Shown: positions 40,901-51,050 of the stretch, in pieces
How positions within the stretch are numbered: the stretch's first letter is position 1
Layout: each line of letters begins with the position of its first letter
Assembly: GCA_964016885.1 (NCBI GenBank)
Contig: OZ024740.1
Span: 1,984,001 to 2,048,000, forward strand
Direction: 5' to 3'
From: Eledone cirrhosa
Lineage: Eukaryota
Length of the DNA: 64,000 nucleotides
Made by a program: the position numbers and the translations under genes
Notes under the pieces: model-generated
The model's database searches: none
What the model was told of the DNA's origin: nothing
Seen by the model: the letters and a program-made list of their open reading frames with translations, nothing else

Positions 40901-43480
40901 TGGTGGCAGTAGTGACCACCACCACCACCACCTACTCCAGTATAGTGTGGTGGTGGCAGTAGTGACCACCACCACCACCACCTACTCCAGTATAGTGTGG
41001 TGGTGGCAGTAGTGACCACCACCACCACCTACTCCAGTATAGTGTGGTGGTGGCAGTAGTGACCACCACCACCACCACCTACTCCAGTATAGTGTGGTGG
41101 TGGCAGTAGTGACCACCACCACCACCACCTACTCCAGTATAGTGTGGTGGTGGCAGTAGTGACCACCACCACCACCACCACCTACTCCAGTATAGTGTGG
41201 TGGTGGCAGTAGTGACCACCACCACCACCACCTACTCCAGTATAGTGGTGGTGGCAGTAGTGACCACCACCACCACCACCTACTCCAGTATAGTGTGGTG
41301 GTGGCAGTAGTGACCACCACCACCACCACCTACTCCAGTATAGTGTGGTGGTGGCAGTAGTGACCACCACCACCACCACCACCTACTCCAGTATAGTGTG
41401 GTGGTGGCAGTAGTGACCACCACCACCACCACCTACTCCAGTATAGTGTGGTGGTGGCAGTAGTGACCACCACCACCTACTCCAGTATAGTGTGGTGGTG
41501 GCAGTAGTGACCACCACCACCACCTACTCCAGTATAGTGTGGTGGTGGCAGTAGTGACCACCACCACCACCACCTACTCCAGTATAGTGTGGTGGTGGCA
41601 GTAGTGACCACCACCACCACCACCACCTACTCCAGTATAGTGTGGTGGTGGCAGTAGTGACCACCACCTACTCCAGTATAGTGTGGTGGTGGCAGTAGTG
41701 ACCACCACCACCACCACCACCTACTCCAGTATAGTGTGGTGGTGGCAGTAGTGACCACCACCACCACCACCACCTACTCCAGTATAGTGTGGTGGTGGCA
41801 GTAGTGACCACCACCACCACCACCACCTACTCCAGTATAGTGTGGTGGTGGTGGCAGTATTGACCACCACCACCACCACCACCTTCTCCAGTATAGTGTG
41901 GTGGTGGCAGTAGTGACCACCACCACCTTCTCCAGTATAGTGTGGTGGTGGCAGTAGTGACCACCACCACCTACTCCAGTATAGTGTGGTGGTGGCAGTA
42001 GTGACCACCACCTACTCCAGTATAGTGTGGTGGTGGCAGTAGTGACCACCACCACCACCACCACCTACTCCAGTATAGTGTGGTGGTGGCAGTAGTGACC
42101 ACCACCACCACCACCACCTACTCCAGTATAGTGTGGTGGTGGCAGTAGTGACCACCACCACCACCACCACCTACTCCAGTATAGTGTGGTGGTGGTGGCA
42201 GTATTGACCACCACCACCACCACCACCTTCTCCAGTATAGTGTGGTGGTGGCAGTAGTGACCACCACCACCACCACCACCTACTCCAGTATAGTGTGGTG
42301 GTGGCAGTAGTGACCACCACCACCACCACCTACTCCAGTATAGTGTGGTGGTGGCAGTAGTGACCACCACCACCACCACCACCTACTCCAGTATAGTGTG
42401 GTGGTGGCAGTAGTGACCACCACCACCACCACCACCTACTCCAGTATAGTGTGGTGGTGGCAGTAGTGACCACCACCACCACCACCACCTCCAGTATAGT
42501 GTGGTGGTGGCAGTAGTGACCACCACCACCACCACCACCTACTCCAGTATAGTGTGGTGGTGGCAGTAGTGACCACCACCACCACCACCTACTCCAGTAT
42601 AGTGTGGTGGTGGCAGTAGTGACCACCACCACCACCACCACCACCACCTACTCCAGTATAGTGTGGTGGTGGCAGTAGTGACCACCACCACCACCACCAC
42701 CTTCTCCAGTATAGTGTGGTGGTGGCAGTAGTGACCACCACCACCACCACCTACTCCAGTATAGTGTGGTGGTGGCAGTAGTGACCACCACCACCACCAC
42801 CACCTTCTCCAGTATAGTGTGGTGGTGGCAGTAGTGACCACCACCACCACCACCACCTACTCCAGTATAGTGTGGTGGTGGTGACCACCACCACCACCAC
42901 CACCTACTCCAGTATAGTGTGGTGGTGGCAGTAGTGACCACCACCACCACCACCTACTCCAGTATAGTGTGGTGGTGGTGACCACCACCACCACCACCAC
43001 CTACTCCAGTATAGTGTGGTGGTGGCAGTAGTGACCACCACCACCACCACCACCTACTCCAGTATAGTGTGGTGGTGGCAGTAGTGACCACCACCACCAC
43101 CACCTACTCCAGTATAGTGTGGTGGTGGCAGTAGTGACCACCACCACCACCACCACCTACTCCAGTATAGTGTGGTGGTGGCAGTAGTGACCACCACCAC
43201 CTACTCCAGTATAGTGTGGTGGTGGCAGTAGTGACCACCACCACCACCACCTACTCCAGTATAGTGTGGTGGTGGCAGTAGTGACCACCACCACCACCAC
43301 CACCTACTCCAGTATAGTGTAGTGGTGGCAGTAGTGACCACCACCACCACCACCACCTACTCCAGTATAGTGTGGTGGTGGCAGTAGTGACCACCACCAC
43401 CACCACCACCTACTCCAGTATAGTGTGGTGGTGGCAGTAGTGACCACCACCACCACCACCACCACCACCACCTTCTCCAG
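37923..43480. repeat. About 50-bp hairpin minisatellite with variable (CCA)n, about 105-110 copies
   Basis: Unit CT(A/T)CTCCAGTATAGTGTGGTGGTGGCAGTAGTGA(CCA)n; preceded by a pure (TGG)n run; ends 35 nt before exon C. Confidence 0.97.
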
Positions 43481-43515
43481 TGGTCATTTCAAGGTATTTC
43501 TTCTCTCCATTTCAG

Positions 43516-43639
43516 TTCTTCAGCTTTACTCTATATGCCATGATGCTGAATGAACTCACTGATAACCTCAAAGACAGGTTACCACCAACAGACTCTCGCC
43601 TTCGGCCAGATATCCGTCTTCTGGAGCAGGGGGACATAG
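43516..43639 (+). CDS. OSBPL1A: ORP1/ORP2-like exon C
   Basis: catttcag acceptor and G|gtaagt donor. FFSFTLYAMMLNEL...LPPTDSRLRPDIRLLEQGDI contains the OSBP-family hallmark PTDSRLRPD. Confidence 0.95.
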
Positions 43640-43706
43640 GTAAGTCACTTCTGTTTCTCTCACACATTTCTTGGATCCTCCCACGACCAGGTGGAATATA
43701 TTTGAT

Positions 43707-45187
43707 GACATTACGGTGGGGTGTTTGGGTTACATCAGTAGAGTACCCACTGATTATGTCATTACGGTGGGGTGTTTGGGTTACATCAGTAGAGTACCCA
43801 CTGATTATGTCATTACGGTGGGGTGTTTGGGTTACATGAGTAGAGTACCCACTGATTATGACATTATGGTGGGGTGTTTGGGTTACATGAGTAGAGTACC
43901 CACTGATTATGACATTATGGTGGGGTGTTTGGGTTACATGAGTAGAGTACCCACTGATTATGACATTATGGTGGGGTGTTTGGGTTACATGAGTAGAGTA
44001 CCCACTGATTATGACATTATGGTGGGGTGTTTGGGTTACATGAGTAGAGTACCCACTGATTATGACATTATGGTGGGGTGTTTGGGTTACATGAGTAGAG
44101 TACCCACTGATTATGACATTATGGTGGGGTGTTTGGGTTACATCAGTAGAGTACCCACTGATTATGACATTATGGTGGGGTGTTTGGGTTACATCAGTAG
44201 AGTACCCACTGATTATGTCATTACGGTGGGGTGTTTGGGTTACATGAGTAGAGTACCCACTGATTATGACATTATGGTGGGGTGTTTGGGTTACATGAGT
44301 AGAGTACCCACTGATTATGACATTATGGTGGGGTGTTTGGGTTACATGAGTAGAGTACCCACTGATTATGACATTATGGTGGGGTGTTTGGGTTACATGA
44401 GTAGAGTACCCACTGATTATGACATTATGGTGGGGTGTTTGGGTTACATCAGTAGAGTACCCACTGATTATGTCATTACGGTGGGGTGTTTGGGTTACAT
44501 GAGTAGAGTACCCACTGATTATGACATTATGGTGGGGTGTTTGGGTTACATGAGTAGAGTACCCACTGATTATGACATTATGGTGGGGTGTTTGGGTTAC
44601 ATCAGTAGAGTACCCACTGATTATGTCATTACGGTGGGGTGTTTGAGTTACATGAGTAGAGTACCCACTGATTATGACATTATGGTGGGGTGTTTGGGTT
44701 ACATGAGTAGAGTACCCACTGATTATGACATTATGGTGGGGTGTTTGGGTTACATCAGTAGAGTACCCACTGATTATGTCATTACGGTGGGGTGTTTGGG
44801 TTACATGAGTAGAGTACCCACTGATTATGACATTACGGTGGGGTGTTTGGGTTACATCAGTAGAGTACCCACTGATTATGTCATTACGGTGGGGTGTTTG
44901 GGTTACATCAGTCGAGTACCCACTGATTATGTCATTACGGTGGGGTGTTTGGGTTACATCAGTCGAGTACCCACTGATTATGTCATTACGGTGGGGTGTT
45001 TGGGTTACATCAGTCGAGTACCCACTGATTATGTCATTACGGTGGGGTGTTTGGGTTACATCAGTAGAGTACTCACTGATTATGTCATTACGGTGGGGTG
45101 TTTGGGTTACATCAGTAGAGTACCCACTGATTATGTCATTACGGTGGGGTGTTTGGGTTACATCAGTCGAGTACCCACTGATTATGT
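43707..45187. repeat. 51-bp minisatellite, about 29 copies
   Basis: Unit GACATTA(C/T)GGTGGGGTGTTTGGGTTACAT(C/G)AGTAGAGTACCCACTGATTAT; source of the spurious 17-aa repeat ORF. Confidence 0.97.
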
Positions 45188-45224
45188 CTCAAGTTGGGTT
45201 TCTATTAGATGCAGCTTAGTAGAC

Positions 45225-45390
45225 ACAACATGGCTGAATGGTTAAGAAGTTTGTTTCACAATCAGTAGGTCCTGGGTTCAATACCACTGCTTGACCTTTT
45301 GGGCAAGTGTCATTTACCAGTGCTTCATGTCAATCCAAGCTTTCTAAGTGAAATTGAGTAGATGGCAGCTGTTTTGAAGCCAATCTCAGA
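45225..45390 (+). mobile_element. tRNA-derived SINE remnant
   Basis: A-box TGGCTGAATGG, B-box GGTTCAATACC, followed by TTGGGCAAGTG. Confidence 0.55.
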
Positions 45391-45934
45391 TGGACTCTTA
45401 TATGATCTAACCCTCCCCCCCCCCCTCTCTCTCTCTCTCTCCATAAATCCTTGATAGAACTATGAGATCTATCTACCTAATTTATTGGCAGGGAATTGGT
45501 AGTCATTAAGATGTCAGATAGAATTCCTTGTATTTATTCCACAGCTCTGTTACCATGGTTCAAATCCCACCAAGGTCTGCCTTCATCCTTTCAACATTGA
45601 TAAATCAAGGCCAGACCAGTCTTAGGGTCCTCTCTCTCTCTCAGAATTTGGCTGCAGTCCAACCTAGAGAGGACAGGTCGGCTTGACCATATTTAAATGC
45701 TCAAGGAGGTAGATCTCCCATTGGCCCATCAGGAGTCAAGGACTTAACGAATGAGTGCCTAGTTAACACTATCCATCACAAATCCGCAACTGCAGGACAG
45801 TTTAAAAGAACTTTGAACATTGACCCTCTCCTTTTCTCATTAATAAATAAGTACATAAACTTCAATCTGATCAAATAAGCACCAGCGACCTGGTGAGCCT
45901 CCAGGCTTGAGACAATCTTTCAGACTTTAGACTT

Positions 45935-46180
45935 CATCATCATCGTTTAACGTCTTCCACACTAGCATGCGTTAGACGGGAATTGTCCCACTTGAGTCAA
46001 GATTGGTCGGGTGACTATGTCTCGCTACTATAGGACTATCTGGCAGATTTTCTACAGTTGGATGCCCTTCCTAATGCCAACCACATTTACAGTGTGGACT
46101 GGGAGCTTTTTACCATGTCTCCTACACAACCACTCTACAGTGTGGACTGGGTGCTTTTTTGTCATGACACTTACACGACT
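45935..46180 (-). mobile_element. RTE 3' UTR fragment (antisense)
   Basis: CATCATCATCGTTTAACGTC...TTTCTACAGTTGGATGCCCTTCCTAA, plus two units of about 45 bp. Confidence 0.8.
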
Positions 46181-46560
46181 TCATCAACTACAATGATTTT
46201 CAATACATCTTTTGGACAGAATTAATTTGGTTGAATGTTAGAACAGTGTAAAGCATTGGACAGTATAAAGAGACCAAGGTTAACTAGAAGAGAAAGGTTT
46301 ACTGCTTGTTATTTCTGAATAGTTCTGTGTAGATGGTGACTATTCCTTCTATATTCAACTTGCCTACAATTTACATAGTTTTCTAATCCTCTGTACAACT
46401 TTCTTACATACAGTGGCCAAATATGTTCCTCTCTAGGTAGATGTGTGTAGCTACAACCCTGAAAATCCCAAGCTACCTTTTTTCCTTTTTGTTTTTGTTG
46501 GCAGATTATAATTGCTATAGTGGTTAGATAGAATTCACCTGACATTTTTTTTTCTTTAAA

Positions 46561-46664
46561 ATTCTCGGGTCTCAAATAATAGGGGAGGGTGGAATAAGAG
46601 CAGGGGTGGTGGAAAAATCTGAAAAATTGCTGGGGAAAGCAACGATTATTCAAGACATGAGAAT
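46561..46664. mobile_element. Short MITE-like element
   Basis: Imperfect 20-bp inverted ends ATTCTCGGGTCTCAAATAAT and ATTATTCAAGACATGAGAAT. Confidence 0.45.
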
Positions 46665-47245
46665 ATATATAAATTTTATTAGAAAACTTTAAATTTTCAA
46701 TTATATGAAAATAATAAAAATCTGTATTTACTACTTACTGTTTAAGGGTTACTCCACCTTGTAGTCCCAGCAGACTGCAATTTAACCCTTTCATGACTGC
46801 ATTTCAATTATATAAAAATTATAAAATGTTAATATTTAGTCAAACAAAAAGCAAAAGAAAGCAGCACTGGAAAATCCTGTAAAGGAGGGAATGGATTATT
46901 AAGCATATAAATTGGTTAAAATTGACAAAAGTCAACTTATTTTTCTTCTTTCTTTCTCTCTTTTTTTCTATATTACCCTGTTCTTTGTTTCCCCCTTTTT
47001 TTCTTGCTTTTGAATAAATTTGTTTTGTTTTTTAATAATTAGGAAAACATAATTCTGTTTACAATTATTGTTCTGTAAAGGAAAATCAGTTTCAATAAAA
47101 TAATTTGACAATTTAAGAAAAAAACTAATAATAATTTTTCTGATGTGTCTCTGTGTGAATGTGAGAGAAAGAAAGAGAGATCTATATTTACTACTTACTG
47201 TTTAAGGGTTGTTCCACCTTGTAGTCCCAGCAGACTGCATTTTAA

Positions 47246-47582
47246 CCCTTTCATGACTGCATTTCTAATAAAATACACTCTATTTTAGTTAATTAATGAA
47301 GAATTTTGAGTGATTAACTAAAATTATTAATTATTTCATTACTAAAATAGTAACTTAACCCTTTCATGACTGCATTTCTAATGAATACACTATTTTAATT
47401 AATTAATGAACAATTTTGAAGGATTAACTCAAATTATTAATTATTTCATTACTAACATAGTAACTTAATGTAAGGTTCTTATATAAAATTATGTTGGAAG
47501 ATCTTAATATAAATTGGAAACCTTTAAAATAGAGGGTTTTATTTCATAGAACCAGAGCTGGTTTTGGCCAGTAACTAAAGGG
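47246..47582. mobile_element. piggyBac-type MITE (47359-47582) preceded by a partial duplicate
   Basis: TTAA|CCCTTT...AAAGGG; reverse-complement similarity to 12245-12477. Confidence 0.72.
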
Positions 47583-47769
47583 TATTTATATTTATGAAAT
47601 AAATGATGTGCAATTTAGACAAAATATATTATTCTCTATTTCATTGATGATGTTATTGTTTTTGATTTTTAAAAAATATATTTTAACTGTCATCAATATC
47701 GTGTTTGAACTTTGACATATTTTCCACATGTGGCCAATACTGGAATTCATCCATAACCATCTGTATTTC

Positions 47770-48062
47770 AAGATGTGTTAGAGTTGCTGAAACATGGAAC
47801 AAACTCCCTGCATCAGTTGTTAGCTCTCAGGACACTGCATCCTTTCCAAACTTCCATGCTTCCCAAAATTTGCCAACACTACATCTGATATTCCTCCTCC
47901 ATACACATGCATCTCTGTGTGTCTGTCTGTGTATATCATGACTCATACACTGTTCACTTTCCTGACTTTTGTACATTATTCTATGTACTATATGCACATT
48001 TGATGAGTTGTAGTGCACCTGAGCACTGTTCACAATAATGTTCATTATTATCATTATTATTA
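47770..48062 (+). mobile_element. CR1/L2-type LINE 3' end fragment
   Basis: Encodes RVAETWNKLPASVV, typical of a LINE ORF2 C-terminus, and ends in a (ATT)n-like tail. Confidence 0.65.
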
Positions 48063-48587
48063 CAGTGAGGAACAAAAAAAAATTGTGTGGCAGAGTTTGA
48101 AAGTTGTTTCTAACATTTGTAACAGTTTGGAAATCTAATATTTGTTGTTTTTCACATAAAAACTGAGGACGGTTTATTTATTTTTCATTCTTTCTCTTTT
48201 TTTTTTTGCAATTTGTTTTCTCTGATAATTTATTTTGAAATAATTATTATTCACGGAGAGCTCTGAAAACCAAAATTATTGTAAATCTTCGCCACAAAAC
48301 ACATAACTCTGAACAACCTTCCCAAGCCTGTGTTCTTCATTTGTGCAGACAAATTCCTTGTGCCTAATATTTTCTACATCATATGAAAAAAGAAAATATA
48401 TATGTGTATGTGTCATATGTGTGTGTATATATATGTATATACATACACTGTATATACGCATGCATATATATTTCATGTAAATGTGTGTGAGTAGTTTCCT
48501 AACATGGTTGCAGAAATGGAGTATATGTATGTGTTATATATACATGAGATGTTGTTGTTGTCTACTAGCTGATTCTGTTTCTTGTAG

Positions 48588-48632
48588 ATGGTGCCGCTAT
48601 TGAGAAGAATAGGTTAGAGGAAAAACAAAGAG
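48588..48632 (+). CDS. OSBPL1A: ORP1/ORP2-like exon D (3' boundary uncertain; alternative donor after 48662)
   Basis: cttgtag acceptor; the phase-1 junction G|AT gives DGAAIEKNRLEEKQR, the conserved EKxRLEEKQR motif. Confidence 0.85.
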
Positions 48633-49063
48633 GTCATCCGATCCGTTCAGTGAAGGTTCTTGGTAAATGTAACCTCAGTCATTTGTCTGGATGCTGCACT
48701 CATCACAGCACTGCCGTTCTGTTGTCTCTTGTTGTCTTCAACTTAACTTTTATTTCTTCTTCCTCCTCTTCACCTCCCTCCTTCTCCACCACTCTCCATC
48801 TCTCCCACATTAACTCCCACTACTACTCTAACTCTCTCTTCAGTTCGTCTGTAGATTTGTTCTTCGGTTCTTTTAGTTGATATAGTTTGTATTTTTATTC
48901 TTTTCTGTCTTGTTTAGATGAAAGAAAAAAGTTTTAGTTTGTTTTGTAGTGGTTTTTTATCTAAATTTATTATTGATGTTGTTGTTGTTGTTTTCTTTTC
49001 TTTTCTTTTCATCATTTCTAGAGGCTGTCCTGGCTAAAGAAATGATATTATATTGATATAGCT

Positions 49064-49253
49064 TGGGCGGGGAATTGGCAGTATCGATAGTGAGTCGGAC
49101 ACCATGCTTTACAGCATAGAGTTACGGTCCTTTATGGTCTGAGTTCAAATCCCGCTGAGGTTAACTTTACCTTTCATCCTTACGGGGTCAATAAAATAAA
49201 GTACCAGTAATGTACTGGGTAATTGCTGGCCTTGTGCCAAAGGTAGAAACAAT
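49064..49253 (+). mobile_element. tRNA-derived SINE, near complete
   Basis: Head GGCGGGGAATTGGCAGTATCG, B-box GAGTTCAAATCCC, core CCTTTCATCCTTACGGGGTCAATAAAATAAAGTACCAG (resembles the MetaSINE domain as I recall it), tail GCTGGCCTTGTGCCAAA. Confidence 0.75.
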
Positions 49254-49399
49254 TATATTGATAAAGTTAACCAAAGATAATCGCTATGGGTTCTCTTTAC
49301 AATAATCCATGACATTCAGTGAAAATGTTTTATTTTTGTGGGTTTTAAAACGTTTTTTTTTTCTTTTAATACTTATACATATAAGTATTACTAATATTG

Positions 49400-49520
49400 G
49401 GGATACACATGGCTCAGTGGTTAAAGAATTGGATTTGCAATGTGGATGTTGTGGGTTCAATTCCCAGACCAAACAATGTGTTATGTCCTTGAACAAGACA
49501 CTTTATTTCATGTTGCTCTT
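49400..49520 (+). mobile_element. tRNA-derived SINE remnant
   Basis: A-box TGGCTCAGTGG, B-box GGTTCAATTCC, then GTCCTTGAACAAGACACTTTATTTCA (similar sequence at about 37470-37500). Confidence 0.6.
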
Positions 49521-49699
49521 TCTGCCAGGAGTTTGAACTGGTAGATAATATCAGCAATGTAAAGACCAATGGAAACATTGTTTCCTTGGTCTGATGAGTT
49601 CCACCTCACTCAGTAATGAGATGTGGATCTTGTTGATCAGTTCCTCAATTACTAATATAACCCAGTATTGGTTTATCTAATGTGTTGTCTCAGTAGTGG

Positions 49700-49880
49700 A
49701 GTACAGTTTTGTCTATTGACCCCATGGTGGGAATATGTTCTGTTACCCTAGTAGGGTTCAGTTTTGTCTATTGACCCCATGGTGGGGATATGCTCTGTTA
49801 CTCTACTAGGGTACAGCTTTGTCTATTAACCCCATGGTGGGGATATGCTCTGTTACCCTAGTAGGGTACAGTTTTATCCA
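49700..49880. repeat. Short about 53-bp tandem repeat interrupted by an RTE insertion
   Basis: CCCCATGGTGGGGATATGCTCTGTTACCCTAGTAGGGTACAGTTTTGTCTATT x3; resumes at about 50568. Confidence 0.8.
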
Positions 49881-49885
49881 TTGAA

Positions 49886-50561
49886 CGGATGTGTAATAGT
49901 AATATACGCGAACGGCAAAGCATAAACGAATTGAGAGGGAGACAGCATTAGAGGAATCAAATGCTGTGTGCAGGAGAGGAGGTTGCGTTGGTATGGACAT
50001 GTGATGTGTATGAAGGATGACAGCTTCATAAAAAGGTGCAGAGCACTATAAGTCAATGGAAACCTCAGAGTGGAGAGACCCAAGATGAGGTGATAAAAGC
50101 TGACCTTACCCAATTACACCACTCAAAGGCGATGACACATGACCGTGACCTCTGGCGTCACGCAGTAATACAGAAGACCCGACCCCCGCATGGGTACAAA
50201 CTGAAGTTGAAGCATATAGACAATATGCCCCCACACCCGCCCACTTCAAAGTAGTCGTGGAGGTGCCACGGAAAAAAAGCACCCAACTCACACTGTAAAA
50301 TGGATGTGTAGGCGCCACGGTAAAAAAGCACCCAGCCCACACTGTAAAGTGGACGTGGAGGTGCGACATCAAAAAAGCACCCAACACTCACTGTAAATGA
50401 GGTTGGTGTTAGGAAGGGCATCCAGCTGTAGAAATCAAGCCAGAATCAGTTCCTGTATGAGCAAGGCATGGTCAGCCGACCAGACACTGCCCACAACAGG
50501 ACAACCTGTCTAACCCATGCTAGCATGGAAGAACGGACGTAAAACGGTGATGATGATGATG
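49886..50561 (+). mobile_element. RTE family B 3' fragment
   Basis: Degenerate RT C-terminus, 3' UTR with three units of about 47 bp, (GAT)n tail. Confidence 0.88.
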
Positions 50562-50794
50562 AACTCGTGGTGGGGATATGTTCTGTTACCCTAGTCGTTG
50601 GGTAAATATTATTCTGTTAACTCACTGAAGTGAAGCAGAGTCAACTTCATTTATGGTAACATTTCTAAAACATGCAAAAACAGTTCAATGTTTCTGCATA
50701 CATTGTGTGTGTGTGTGTATATGTATACATATTTATATGTGTGTGTGTGTGTATATGTATACATATTTATGTGTGTGTGTGTATATATCTATAC

Positions 50795-50844
<50 letters not shown>

Positions 50845-50925
50845 CTGTGTATATGTGTGTGTATATATATGTATGTCTGTGTATATGTGTGTGTATATAT
50901 ATGTATGTCTGTATATATATGTATA

Positions 50926-51048
50926 CAGTAAAATTCCATTATAACGATATCCACGGGGTATAGACCCAACATGGAGTGGCCAGGCGTTGAATGTTGTTAT
51001 ACTGAAACATTTGTTATAATGGTATTTGTTGTAATAGAATTTTACCTG
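50926..51048. mobile_element. Tc1/mariner-pogo type MITE
   Basis: TA|CAGTAAAATTCCATTATAAC ... GTTGTAATAGAATTTTACCTG|TA inverted ends with flanking TA. Confidence 0.7.
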
Positions 51049-51050
51049 TA

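Noticed and set aside
37602-42953. Poly-V/W/G/H/P ORFs on the minus strand
   Set aside because: Translations of (CCA)/(TGG) repeats.
43671-45245. 524-aa 17-residue repeat protein
   Set aside because: Starts at a non-AUG codon inside an ORP intron; open only because the unit length is a multiple of 3.
48650-48880. Standalone 76-aa ORF
   Set aside because: Only the in-frame read-through of exon D into low-complexity pyrimidine-rich sequence.
49400-49470. tRNA gene
   Set aside because: A and B boxes are present but no convincing cloverleaf, and it continues into a SINE body.
49585-49615. CTGATGAG as a hammerhead core
   Set aside because: No stem II or downstream GAAA box.
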